In this document: one piece after another, positions 26,881-39,680 of the stretch
How positions within the stretch are numbered: the first letter of the stretch is position 1
Layout: every line of letters begins with the position of its first letter
Source of the DNA: the human T2T-CHM13v2.0 reference genome, Homo sapiens
Assembly (NCBI RefSeq): GCF_009914755.1
Contig: NC_060926.1
Length of the DNA stretch: 64,000 nucleotides
Direction: 5' to 3' (one strand)
Notes under the pieces: model-generated
Told to the model about the DNA's origin: nothing
What the model saw: the letters and a program-made list of their open reading frames with translations, nothing else
Databases searched by the model: none
Position numbers and translations under genes: made by a program

Positions 26881-28922
26881 AAGATTTTTCTTTTTAATGA
26901 AAGCATTGCAACTAAAAATTTTTCTCTGAGCACTGCCTTCACTACATTCAAATAGCTTTGGTATATTGTATTTTCATTTTCATTAATCTCTAGTACTTTT
27001 ATTTTCCTTTGTGAATTTTTCTTTGACTTTTTGGTTGTTTCAAAGTACCTTTTTTAATTTCCATAGATTTGTGAACTTTCTTGTTTTTTTGTTATTGATT
27101 TCTAGCTTCTGAACATTATGGTTGGAGAGGATAATTGGTATGATTTTAATTTTCTAAGGTTTATTGACACTTGTTTTGTAGACAAATATATGAGTCTACA
27201 TATCCTCAAAAATGTTTCATGTGAATTTGAAAAGAATATATATTCTCTTACTGTTGGGTGGAGTGTTGTGTATGTTAGTCTGTGAGTGTGTCTGTTAGCA
27301 TGTCTGTTCATAATTGGTTAATCATGTTGTTCATGTTCTCTATTTTCTTGTTGACCTTCTGAGTAGTTATTCTGTGCATTACTGAAAATGCTGTATGAGA
27401 GTATCCAATGCTTACCATAGAGTTGTTTATTTCCTCCTTCAATTGTCATGATTTTCTTAGTGTATTTTTGAGTTCTGTTGTTAGGTACATGTATGTTTAC
27501 ACTTGCTATGTCTTCTGCTTGGATTGGTCCTTTTGCCAAAAATCTTAACATGCTTATAATTGTTATATTATCTTTACCATTTGACCCTTTTATCAATGTC
27601 AATATTTTTGTCCCCTGTAGGAGTTTTTAACTTAACATCTATTTTGTCAGATATTAACATAGGTGTTCCAGTACTCTTGTTTGCTATTTACATGGACTAT
27701 CTTTTATATTATTTCACTTTCAATCAACCTCTCTTTATCTTTATATCTAAAGTGAATCTCATGATCAACACATTGAATCATTTATTTTTAATCTATTCTG
27801 CCAATCTATGCCTTTCCAGTGGAGAGTATAATCCATTTACATTTAAAGTAATTATTTATAAGGAAGGTCTTTTGCCATTTTGCAAATTACTTATAAAAAA
27901 GGACTTTGCCATTTGTTTTTTGTCTTACAGCTTTTTTTGTCCCCCTCCATTACTGCCTTCTTTTGTGTTTAACTAATTTTTTTTTGTAGTAAACTATTCT
28001 GATTTTCCTTCATCTCCTTTTGTGTGCTTTCTATAGATATTTTCTTTTTAATTACCATCAGGCTTAAATTTAACATCCTTAAATGCTTGTAGTCAAAACA
28101 ACAACAATAACAACCACTACCACCATCTCTCCTGGTCCTTGAAGTTTGTCTCTGCGTTGGACACTCCTTTAGTGCTTATTCAAGCTGTTTAGCACTCTGC
28201 CTTAGGTTTCACTTCCTGCTTACATGGGGCCTTATTGTCAGTCACAGGTGAAAGATTAGTGTCTTCTTGCATCTTTTCTGGGTATATGTCTTGTTCTGGG
28301 AATGTGTATGGTCTTCTAGTTTCCTCAATAATATATGCAAGATTTTTTGGAAGATATTATTCCCATTGTATCTCTTTCCCCAGGCTTTTTCTTACCATAC
28401 ATTTTCATATGTCTATTGCTTGCTCTAATTGCTATCCCTTGCTTCAGGTGTCTGTGGCTAGTTTATTTGCTTTTTGAGTCTTTCAACAAACACTGCCCAG
28501 GAGTAACATTCAGCTCTGGGAAAACTCTGAGGTGGGTGAAACAAAGGCGGGTTTCTGAGATGATCTCTTAGAGATCCACCAGACAGGTAAAACTAGACAA
28601 TCACAGTTCTTTGAAAATAAGATAGATATTGCTACTGTGGCACCAACAATCTGCACCAGGAAGGCAGGCTGCCACTTGTTGTCACCACTAAGCTGGGAAA
28701 CAAGTGATGGTAGGTAGATAAGTTCAAATGCCAAATACTTTCTCACAAAATTTCACCAGCTTCTATCTTCATTGGTCATTCCCTTGGTCATATTACATTT
28801 TTTATAGGGTTTCAGAGTCTTAAAAATTTTGATTCTGATAGTTTTTTTGCTAGCTTAATTATTGCATGAGTGGAGAGAAACAGTTTTGGATTTCCCCACT
28901 CCGTCATTTTCAGTGATGTCAC
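26881..28922 (-). mobile_element. Ancient L1M (L1MD/MC/M4-type): EN region and 5' end
   Basis: EN remnants in ORFs 27102-27311 (TTLHPTVREYIFFSNSHETF) and 27318-27602. The 5' terminus is actccgtcattttcagtgatgtcac. Confidence 0.8.
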
Positions 28923-29439
28923 ACCAAGAAAGATGACTTTTATATAATTAACAAGAAAGAGGCGGAAAAATGGAGGGATCAAGAAGAAAAATGGGAGTAG
29001 AATGAAGGACATTTTGATAGAGAGCAGCATATACACATTCACCAAGTGATGAAATATTCCCAAGATCAGGAAGACTCTTAAATAATTTTCTTTTCTATTT
29101 ATTCTTTGGGAAAAATATTTTCCCAAAGTTCGGTATACACACAGTATCTTGCAGGACTCTGTGCTTTTCCAGTACAAATAAAACAACAACAATTGTTATG
29201 CAAGTTCTATAAAACTCACGATTTGAAAATGGAATAAAGATTGTTATAAAATTATAACCAACGAGCCCAAGTAGTATTAAATCTATATGAAAGCACCAAG
29301 GGCATCCTGATCATCCTAAGTTGATTTAGACCTTATCAAAATATAAAATTTATACTAAATCAAGAGTTGACTTTGAAGGAATTCTTTGAGGTTTGCCAGG
29401 GAAGCTTTTACTTATCAGGAGAAGATAAAGATGCTAAAA

Positions 29440-32400
29440 TACTTTTGTTATTTTCTAAAGTGCCAGTTATGACCATATGGCAGTAATGATATCTATAAGG
29501 ATTATGGTGTAACATGGATCCTTTTTAGTGTCCTTCAGTGCTTACAGAAATGAAATAACAAAGTTAAGTCCCTTAACTTTAAGCTGAAGTAACAGTTTCA
29601 AACACTAGAGCATTTTCATGAAAGTGCTAAAATGAATTTGAAATTTTTTTGTAGTCATAGTTATTTCTGAAAATCAAACACAAAATTTAACTATATGTTA
29701 GCATGTTGATGAATTACAATAACAATTGAATTCACTGTCTTGTCAAGTTTTTTCATGTGAAAGCTAGGACACTGATGGGGAAGGATTTGGATCTTGGTTG
29801 GGAGATCTGGTTGGAGTGGGGAAATCTGGTTGGATCCAGATGAAATAGGGAATCTTGACCCCTAAATCACTTTTCAATACTCTTTCCAATGGACTTAATT
29901 TTCACTCTGGCACTTGAAAAAACAGTTTTACTTAATTTGGAAACCCTGTGAGAGATAACTTGGGTAAGATGCCTTGAAGGAGGAAACTCATTCTTCTTAA
30001 GACCTACAACCATCCCTTGTAGTTGCTATTTCATAACTAGAATAAAATATCAGTGTATTCTAAGGAGACAGGTCATTATGACCTTGGACAAATAGTTTAT
30101 TGCCATAAAATCACAAAATGTTACTAAAATATTTTGGGAGAAATCTGTGGAAAATGTGTAGAAATATATCTAATTGTGTTAAATTAAAAAATGTCGTGGA
30201 TTATATCACTAGATTAGGCCAAATTAAGTGATATGGCTAAACTTTCTAGAGATTTCAGATTTTGTGTTTTCTCATTCAGCTAGAGGTGGCCCTAAATCTC
30301 TGCAGCAATTTCAAGCTGTAATAAGGGCTACACTACCCCTTGTCCTTCCTGATCTAGCAGGTCCAGTATAAACCAATTGTTTAAAATATTTGTGGCAAGT
30401 GGAGATCCTGCATGGAGTCCCTGGGAAGCACAAAGAAAAGAATCACAACCCAGAGCTCTAGGATTTTGGAAGAAATTGATGCTTTCTCCTGAAGCTATTT
30501 TGAGTAAGAGTACTGGCTTGCTTTGGGGGTTGGTGGAGACTGAAGTTCTAACAAAGGGACATCAGGTGATCATGTGGCCTGAGCTTTCCTTCATGGGCCG
30601 GTTACAGTCTGACACACTTGGCTATAAGTTTGGGCATGCTCAGCAATATATATTATAACAGTTAAATGGTTCATAAGAAACTGAACTTAAGTGGGTCTGA
30701 AAGTTATGAGTAATTTGCATATGCTTGTACCACTCAAAGGTGGATAGCTGCAATACTACAGATCCATTTAGGGGTGCTCCCTTAAGGATAAGAGCAAAGG
30801 AAATTCTTCTCAGTGAGAGGAATAATTTTCATTACTTTCCAGGTAATTGCTAATAGTTTGTATGGATGGTTAAGGACACGACAGAAACAGAATTGTGTGA
30901 GTGGCAACAAGGAAGTCTGGGGAAGAGATGGGTGTTTCTCAGTATGGGCACAGATTGTGAAGATATTTGTGACCCATGTGAATGCTGATCAAAGTTTACC
31001 CATTGCTGTGGAAGACGTTAATAATTAGGTGGACAGAATGACACATTCTGTGGATGTCAATCAATCTCTTTTTACCACATTCCCCATTTCTTGGTCAACG
31101 GGCTCATGAGCAAAGTCATCAGGGTGGTAGGAATAGACTATACATGGCTTAACAACATGGAATTTCTCTTACAGGTATGACCTGGTTAATGTAACTGCTG
31201 AGTTCCTAGCCTGTAGACAACAAGTAGAAATACTCAGTTCTCAATATGACACCATTATTCAGGGGGACCATCTAGCCATCTTGTGGTAGGTTGATCACAT
31301 TAGGAAACCATCATGGAGGAGATCAGAGCTTTTGAGAGCACTATAATCCATAAACCCAGAGAACCACTTACCCAATCTCATGCCACTTTATATAGCATTT
31401 CTTTTGATCAAAGAACTAATTTCAATGTAAAGGAAGTACAGCAATGGCTCATACCTATGGAATCAACCAGTCATTCTAAATACCCCATCAACTAGAAGTT
31501 ACAGAGTAAATAGAAATATGAAATGGCTTGCTGAAGACTCAGTTCCAGAGCCAACTGAGAGACAATACCTTGAAAGGATGAGGTTCTGACATACAAGATA
31601 AAGTATATATATTGAAGCAAAGGTCATTATATGATGCTATTTCTGCCATATACAAGACATGAATCTGGGAATCAAAGGATGAAAATGAGAGAGAGTTTTC
31701 TCATTATTATATTCAATAATACACTTGCAATTCTTGCTTTCTGTTCTAGCAGCTTTGGACTCTGCCGATTTGGAACTCTTAGTCTCCAGGGTGAACATGC
31801 TTCAACTATGGGACACAATATTGGTTCCATTGAATTGGAAGATGAAACTGCTACCTGGTTAGCGTGGTCTCTTTATGCCATTGAACTAACAGGCAGAAAA
31901 AAAGGTTATGCTACTCAATGGAGTGATTTCTCCCAATTACCAAAGGGAAATTGATTTGTTGCTGCGTAATGAGGATAAGCAGGACTAAATTTGAAACCCA
32001 GCAAATCCTCTAGTGTATTTCTTATTACTTCCATGCTCAATAGTGAAGGTTATTGGAAAACTATTGAAACAACAACAAATAATAGCATGATTGCTAACTC
32101 AGACCTTTCAAGAAAAAAGATTTGCATTACTCCAACAGGCAAAGAATCCTGACCAACTGACATTCTGGCTGAGGGCAGGGGAAGTATGAAATGAATAGTA
32201 GAAGAATAAAGTAGTATGTATTAGTTATGTTCTTGTGACCAGTTACAGAGATGACAAATGTGGTAACTTTGTATTTTTTCTTTTTGCTGGTTATATGCAT
32301 GTGTTTATTGGCATGTGCTAACAATTTTCTTTTTCTCTAACCTCTTTCTTATTTTTATTTTTTACGCAACTTGTTAGAAGTTAACTTTAACCTTTGGCCT

Positions 32401-32640
32401 TTAGGTAATAGAATATACCATGGAAATGTGGTGGGATTTGAGTAGTACTCATTAAAGCCAGTGATGGATATAATGACTGTTGGGACTCTGCCTCTTGTTA
32501 TTTTGGGGAACAGATGAGAACTTCACTTGTAAAAAGAATAGCCTTATCTTTTTAGGGGAAGGTATAAAGATATTTTGTTATTATAAAGTATAAATGTGTG
32601 TATAAAGGTGAATGTGGAAGCTGAGTAACAGAAAATGTGA
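29440..32640 (+). mobile_element. ERV-L class internal sequence (HERV16/ERV3-16A3-like): deleted gag, pol (RT connection, RNase H, integrase) and dUTPase remnants
   Basis: Gag-like VKARTLMGKDLD at ~29757. ORF 30377-30658 contains AWSPWEAQRKESQPRALGFW...LVETEVLTKGHQV. ORF 30813-31028 contains VKIFVTHVNADQ (RNase H). There is an integrase HHCC remnant at ~31100-31220 and a dUTPase-like stretch at ~31750-31980. Confidence 0.88.
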
Positions 32641-32642
32641 AA

Positions 32643-33336
32643 ATTGCCAGATACCAATTTATCTCTCAGTTCCAAACCCACCTTCATTACTTACTCTGTG
32701 ATAATAGAGGTGAGCCTTGCAAATGCTTTTATTTTGCCAGCTGCTATGAAAGAGCAAATCAGTAGACGGCACTGGAGGGAGATAGGAGCAGAAAGAAGTT
32801 CCAATGTGCTTCTTGTGGCAGGCTCTTACTGTATGCATCACACATCCATCACTGGGCTCTTGAATTGTGGGTAGATTCCACAGCATCAGGCACCTGTTAT
32901 ACAGGTGGCTTCTCCAGGACCTGAGTGCTGCTGCTCACTCTGACCATCAGTATCAAGGAGTAAGCAGTTTCCTTATCACACCCTTGAACACCTTTGCAGC
33001 AAGTTCTGGGTTGCAACATTTCCCTGTAGAGCACTTCCCCTGGCATTTCAGAAGGTGAATTTCTAGCAAGTTCTGAAGGTGCTGCACCTTAGCAAACTTT
33101 ACCATCTTTATCTCAAGCCCTGTGGTATTGAGGGGTGAGGTGGTGGGATACTCCTTCATTGATGTTCTCTTTATATCTACTATTCTACTATTCTTGTATT
33201 TTCAATACTATTTCTCATTTTTAGGAAGTCCTTCATTATGCCAATCTCCTTTCAAAGTTAGTAATTTTTATATCAAACTTCCCATGATTAAGTTACTGTA
33301 TGGTTTCTGTCTTCTGACTGGATCCTGACTGATACA
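32643..33336 (+). mobile_element. LTR41-family 3' LTR (ERVL)
   Basis: Starts tgccagataccaatttatctctcagttccaaacccaccttcatt...ctctgtgataat and ends tggtttctgtcttctgactggatcctgactgataca. It lies directly after the ERVL internal region. Confidence 0.82.
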
Positions 33337-33849
33337 GTTGACTAATTGGCTTCCTGCTTGGTTTAAAATGTACTGTACCAGAAATATCCTCACCTTTGAA
33401 ATATTTCCCATTATCTGCTATGAATGCTTGGCATTTTATATCTGCAGACCCATTTAATTTCATGGATTTTTATGAATATCTTGGTTCTGGATTTATGTTA
33501 TATGCTGGGAAATAAAATAGAGTTTAAAAAATTCCTTCTTCCAGGCATACAGTGCAGATGTTTACAAGTAAAGTTTTAAAAATATGTATTTCCAGAGAGT
33601 TAATAGATTTAGCAAACATAAAAGCAATCATATAATTGACTTATATTATTTTTTCTCTCCTCCCTGAGCTGTTCACTAATATAGTGGAGTCAGGATACAG
33701 AAGATTTGCTTGTCTTAGGTCAGGCACAACAGGACAGCAGTTAGAAATAGAATAATCAGCATTCAGAAAAATTCCTAATTCCAAAATGAAATTACAAACT
33801 CAATGGTAGAAAACTTGGAAAATATAAAAATTTATAAAGAATGTAAAAG

Positions 33850-34080
33850 ATCTAATGTTTATTTAGCTCCTTTCATGTCATAAAAATTAGACTGCATTCT
33901 TTTACATATTTTAATTGATAGATGCTCTAAAACTCCACCAAATGTGCGTGTGCTTTAAAAAAATTTGAAAAAATTAATATTCGGAAATATTAAGTAACTT
34001 CTCTAAAGTAGCAGGACTGGTATGCAAAGCTTGTGCATCTGCTTCCATAGTCTTTGCACTCTCAGTATGGAATACAGCCT
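33850..34080 (-). mobile_element. MIR (decayed)
   Basis: aatgtttatttagctcctttcatgtca...attaagtaacttctctaaagtagcaggactggta...tctgcttccatagtctttgcactct. Confidence 0.6.
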
Positions 34081-35341
34081 CCCCATTTTGGTTAATCAAT
34101 CTTAATCCTAACTTGGTGATAAACATTGTAAATATTGTAACTAACTTCTAATTTTTTATTATACATATACAAAATGTATTTGCATTTATTATAGACATTT
34201 GAGTTAGAGTATGCATTTAATATTGCAGCCTTCTTATTTTCTTACCATTATGTCTTAAATATTTTACCACACAGTGGGTTATTAATATTATTGTACCACT
34301 GGACTAGTAATTAAAATTTATACTCTATTGGCTGTTTTCACTACTGCAGATGATGCCTCATAAGACTTTTTTTGTGAAACTTTAAATGATCTAAGATTAT
34401 TTTTTAAAATAAAACCCTAAAATATATTCATACATTATCACTATTTATAGTAATATTTTGTCACATTTAAAAACATTATTATTTTAAATTGACACATAAT
34501 AATTATACATATTTATGGAGTACAGTATGATATTTTGATACATGTATACAATGTATAATGAGCAAATCAGGGTGATTAACATATTTATCACCTCAAACGT
34601 ATCTATCACCTCAAACAGTTGCCATTTCTGTGTGTCGAAAACATTCAAAATTCACTCTTCTAGCTACTTGAAAATATAAAATAGATTGTTGTTTATTATA
34701 GTCACCCTAGAGAGCTATAAAACACCACAACTTATTCCTCATAGCTAGCTGCACTTTTGTATCCATTGACCAATCTCTAGTTATCCTCTCCTTTATTCTA
34801 CCCTTCCCAGTCTCTAGTAGCCATTATTCTACTCTTCACCTCTATGAGATAGATTTTTGTAATTTCCACATATGAGTGAGAATATCTGGTATTTATCTTT
34901 CTTTTCCTGGTTTATTTCACTTAACATAATGCTTTCCAATCCCATCCATATTGTTGTGAATGACAGAATTTCATTCTTTTATATTGCTAAATAATATTCC
35001 ATTGTGTGCATTGTATTGAGATACATTCTATACCTTGTTTACCAAGAATTTTTATAATAAAGTCATGTTGAATTTTATAAAATGCTTTTTCTGTGTCTAT
35101 TGAGATGATCATATGGTTTTTGTACTTCATTCTCTTGATGTGGTATATCATATTTATTGATTTACATATGTTGAATCATTCTCAAATTTCTTCAATAAAT
35201 CCCACTTGATCATAATCAATGATCTTTTTAATGTGCTCCTGGAATTGGGAGGCTAGTATTTTGTTGAGGATTTTTACATCTATGTTTATTAGAGATATTG
35301 GCATATAGTTTTTTTTTTTATTGTGTCTTTGTCTGATTTTG

Positions 35342-35436
35342 GTATCAAGACAATGATGATTTTGTAGAATGAGTTTGTAGGAATTTATTTCTCTTCAATA
35401 TTTTGGGAAGTTGGAAGGAATTTGTATTAGTATTTT
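35342..35436 (+). repeat. Left copy of the 95-bp target-site duplication of the L1HS
   Basis: Identical base for base to 36088-36182. Confidence 0.95.
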
Positions 35437-36070
35437 ATTTTTATTTTTTTTTTATTTATTTATTTTTTTATTATACTCTAAGTTTTAGGGTACATGTGCA
35501 CATTGTGCAGGTTAGTTACATATGTATACATGTGCCATGCTGGTGCGCTGCACCCACTAATGTGTCATCTAGCATTAGGTATATCTCCCAATGCTATCCC
35601 TCCCCCCTCCCCCGACCCCACAACAGTCCCAGAGTGTGATATTCCCCTTCCTGTGTCCATGTGATCTCATTGTTCAATTCCCACCTATGAGTGAGAATAT
35701 GCGGTGTTTGGTTTTTTGTTCTTGCGATAGTTTACTGAGAATGATGGTTTCCAATTTCATCCATGTCCCTACAAAGGATATGAACTCATCATTTTTTATG
35801 GCTGCATAGTATTCCATGGTGTATATGTGCCACATTTTCTTAATCCAGTCTATCATTGTTGGACATTTGGGTTGGTTCCAAGTCTTTGCTATTGTGAATA
35901 GTGCCGCAATAAACATACGTGTGCATGTGTCTTTATAGCAGCATGATTTATAGTCCTTTGGGTATATACCCAGTAATGGGATGGCTTGGTCAAATGGTAT
36001 TTCTAGTTCTAGATCCCTGAGGAATCGCCACACTGACTTCCACAATGGTTGAACTAGTTTACAGTCCCAC
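35437..36070 (-). mobile_element. L1HS-Ta (Ta-0), 5'-truncated insertion of ~600 bp plus tail
   Basis: ACA diagnostic (plus-strand TGT at 35561-35563), G6015 (plus-strand C at 35478) and Ta-0 G5536/C5539 (sense cccaaaGgaCtataa, 35956/35953). The ORF2 C-terminus is intact (ORF 35674-36072). Confidence 0.95.
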
Positions 36071-36182
36071 AAGACAATGATGATTTTGTATCAAGACAAT
36101 GATGATTTTGTAGAATGAGTTTGTAGGAATTTATTTCTCTTCAATATTTTGGGAAGTTGGAAGGAATTTGTATTAGTATTTT
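36070..36182 (+). repeat. Right TSD copy (36088-36182), preceded by an extra 21-nt copy of target DNA (36070-36090)
   Basis: caagacaatgatgattttgta equals 35346-35366 and overlaps the start of the full 95-bp copy by gta. Confidence 0.93.
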
Positions 36183-36389
36183 TTTAGTATTTTAAATGTT
36201 TGATAGAATACAGCAGTGAAGGCATCTGGTCTTGGGCTTTTCTTGTTGGGAAACTTTTCATTACTCACTCTATCTCATTACATAAAATTGTTCTGTTCGG
36301 GTTTTGTCTTCTTGAGTTAAATCTTGATAGGTTGTATATGTTCAAGAATTTTTCCATTTTTGCTAGGTTTTATGACTTGTTGGCATATA

Positions 36390-36816
36390 CAGTTTACTCT
36401 TGAACAACATGGATTTGATCTGTGCAGATCCACTTATATGCAGATTTTCTTCCACCTCTGCCACCCCAGAAACAGCAAGAAAAACCCTCCCCCTCAGCCT
36501 ATTCAATGTGAAGATGGCAAAGATGGAGACCTTTATGATGACCCATTCCATTAAAAAAATAGTAGATATATTTTCTCTTCCTTATGATTTTCTTAACAAC
36601 ATTTTCTCCTAGATTACATTATTGTAAGAATACTGTATACAATAAATGTAATACACAAAATTTGTGTTAATAGCCTGTTTATCTTATCAATAAGGCTTCT
36701 AGTAAACCATAGGCTATTACTAGTTAATTTTGGGGGGAGTTAAAATTTATATGTAGATTTTCAACTATGCAGAGTGTCAGTTCTCTCTAATGCTCACATT
36801 GTACAAAGGTCAACTC
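36390..36816 (+). mobile_element. Tigger2a (MER28), complete
   Basis: TA-cagtttactcttgaacaacat...ttgtacaaaggtcaactc-TA. The host L1 sequence resumes on both sides. Confidence 0.93.
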
Positions 36817-38804
36817 TAGTTGTTCATAATAGTGTCCAGTGATTCTTGTATTTCTGTGATATCTATTGTAATGTCTTCATTTTCATTTCTCATTTTAGTT
36901 CTTTGAATCTTATACCTCTCATTTCTTTGTTACTCTAGCTAGTTGTTTCTCAATTTTGTCTATCTTTTCAAAAAAACAACTTTTTGTTTTGTTGATCTTT
37001 TGTATTTTTTATTCTAAAATTTATTTGTATATTCTCTGTTCTTTATTATTTTTTTTTTCTTTCTACTATTTTGGGGTTTGGCTTATTATTTTTTTTCTAG
37101 TTCTTTGAGATGCATTGCTAGGTTGTTTATTTGAAATCTTTCTACTTTTTTGATGTGGGTGTTTATTGCTATAACCTTACCTGTTAATACTGCTTTTGTT
37201 GTATCCCATAGGTTTTAATATGTTGTGTTTCTATTTTTATTTGTTTCAAGAAATATTTTAATTTTCTCCTTAATTTGTTCATGAATTCATTAGTTGTTCA
37301 GAAGCATGTTGTATAATTTCCATGTATTTGTGCAGTGTTAAAAATTCCTTTTGCTATTGATTTTTAGCTTTATTCTATTTGTGGTAAGAAAAGATAGTTG
37401 ATATAATTTTAATCCTTTTAAATTTCTTGAGACAAGCTTTGTGGCCTATTGTGGTCTATCCTGAAAAATTTTCCATATGCTGATGAAAGGATGTGTATTC
37501 TGCAGCTGTTGGATGAAATAGTCTATAAATGTCTGCTAGCTCCATTTGGTCTAATGTGCAGTTTAAATCCAAAGTTTCTCTGTTGATTTTCTGTCTAGAT
37601 GATCTCTGCAATGCTGACAGTGGGGTGTAGAAGTCCCCAACTATTATTGTATTGGAGTTTCTTGCTCATTTTAGATCTAATAGCATTTATGCATCTGGGT
37701 GCTCTGGTGTTGGATGCATATAGGTTGTTATATCCTCTTGCAGAATTGATCTATTTATTATTATATAGTTACCTTCTTCGTCTCCTTTTACTGTTTTTCA
37801 GTTAAAGTCTATTTTACCTAATATAAGTATAACAACTTCTGCTCACTCTGGTTTCCATTTGTGTGGAGTCTTTTCACATCCCTTCACTTTAAGTCTATAT
37901 GTGTCTTTATAGGTGAAGTGTTTTTTGTAGGCAGCATACAGTTGGGCTATGCTTTAAATCCATTAAGCCATTAATGTCAGCAATAATTGTGGGCACCTCT
38001 AGTGGCCTGGACTGTAGACATTTGTGGCAGCAATGGCAGTGATGTAGGTTGTTGATTTTCTTGGTGGAAAAGGGATATCTTGGGGTCCTCCTATTCTTGT
38101 TTTCCACACAATGGGGAGACTTAACCAAAGGGCTGGCTCTTGCTATCAGGTATGATATGGCCTGCAAGCAGCTGCAGCAGTGCTGAGTTCTAGATGTAGG
38201 TACTCAGAGCAGCTGTGGGATTGAGGTCCTAGCCTCAAGATCTTGTGATCCTATTGTAACACTGGGAATTAGGGTTCAGATTTGCTTTCTGTGGCTAAGT
38301 TAGATTTATGATGCCCACAGAGTCAAGATCTGTGACTCTGGGGTATGCCCTAGCAGTTTGGGCCTGAGAGGTTGCATTGTAGTGGTGATTCTACCCCTGG
38401 GGTCAGGGTATAGCACTGGCCCAACTCTGGGTAAGAAAAGGTGCTCTGAAGGTTTGGGTCTGGGAGGCAGGGTATGGCTGTAATTCAGGAACCTGAGTAA
38501 CAGGGCTCAGTGGCACTGGAGTCCCAGGAAATGAGACTCCATGTAGGAGTGATTCCAGACTTTGAAATGGCAGGGCTTGGCAGTATCTTAGACTCTGTGA
38601 GGCCAAGCTCAGTAGCAGCAAAGACATCAGAATTGCAGAGCACAGCTGTTGTTTGAGCCCTTGGGGTCAGGAAGCAGCACAACACTGACTCCACTACCCA
38701 GGGAAAGGGGTATATCAGAAGCTCCCAATCTAGGTTACTAGTCCATGTCCAGAGACATAAGGTATAAGAGTTGTTTGGCTCATAGGATAGAATGTCTCAG
38801 ATCA

Positions 38805-39680
38805 GCCACTCCCTTGTTTCCCTGTGATATGTGGTACTAGGTCAGCTCAGCCCTGGGATGCATAGCTGCTCGGCTCAGCCAAGGCCCTGATTCCTAAGGG
38901 TTGCTGTCCCACTTGATCTCAGGTGTTGGGGGCATGACTTTTCTGGATGGCCCAGGCATGGTTTCCCTGGGTTGCAGGGTGTTGCTTCAGCTTAGGTATT
39001 AGGGTGTGTGACACCTCTGTGCAGCCAAGATGCCATTCACTGGGAGTTAGCAAACTGCTTCAACTCAGCCCCAAGGATATGTGGCTGCTCTAGGCAGCAG
39101 CAAATGTACTGTATTCTCAGGAAGCAAGGTTCTGCTTTAGCTGGGGCACAGAGGGGTATGACTGCTCTGGACAGCCAAGGCACTATTTCCCTGGGGTGTC
39201 CTGCATTGCTTCAGCTCTGGCACAGGGGGACAGGATGCAGCGGTGACAGAGAGGGGTTTATAGAGTAGATGCACCAAAGCACTATTTCTTTGGGAGGGAC
39301 TGTGCAGCTTCGATTTGAGTACCATGGGGCAGGGCACAGCAGTGACTAAAAGGGATTTTTGGAGTAACTGTGCCAAGGCACTGTTTTCTTGAGAGGCAGT
39401 GTGTAGCAGCTCCACCAAAGCACCGTTTCTGTAGTAGAGAGTGTGCAGCTTCAGCTCAGGGCCCAAGGGGCAGGGTGCAGCAGCTGACTGGGGGAGGTGG
39501 ATGGCACAGTTCCCCCTCAGCACTGTTTCCCTAGAAGGGTGTGTGCTGCTTTAGTGATGGTCTCCAGGTGCAGAGTGCAGTAGTGGTGACTGTGAGGAGT
39601 GGAATGAGCCTCTGAAAAGGCACTGTTTCCCCAGGAGGAAGTGGTAGTTTCAGCTCTGGCCAAGGGAGCAGGTTGCATGG
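38805..39680. repeat. Decayed tandem monomer array (~74-bp then ~100-bp period) in the L1M 5' UTR
   Basis: ccaaggcactgtttccctggg...gcttcagctc-like units recur at ~38805, 38879, 38951, 39025, 39099, 39175, 39274, 39373, 39414, 39515 and 39617. Confidence 0.8.

Noticed and set aside
29789-29836. Three short atctggttgg-like units
   Set aside because: Local slippage duplication inside the decayed ERV-L gag, with no sign of function.
30377-31954. Co-opted ERV-L pol or dUTPase genes
   Set aside because: The ORFs are short pieces broken by stops, frameshifts and large deletions.
34581-34617. Tandem duplication of tatcacctcaaac
   Set aside because: An ordinary micro-duplication within an L1MA 3' UTR.
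38805-39680. Regularly spaced repeats resembling a CRISPR array
   Set aside because: The units are diverged along their whole length, with homologous rather than unique spacers. They sit in an L1 5' UTR in human DNA with no cas genes.
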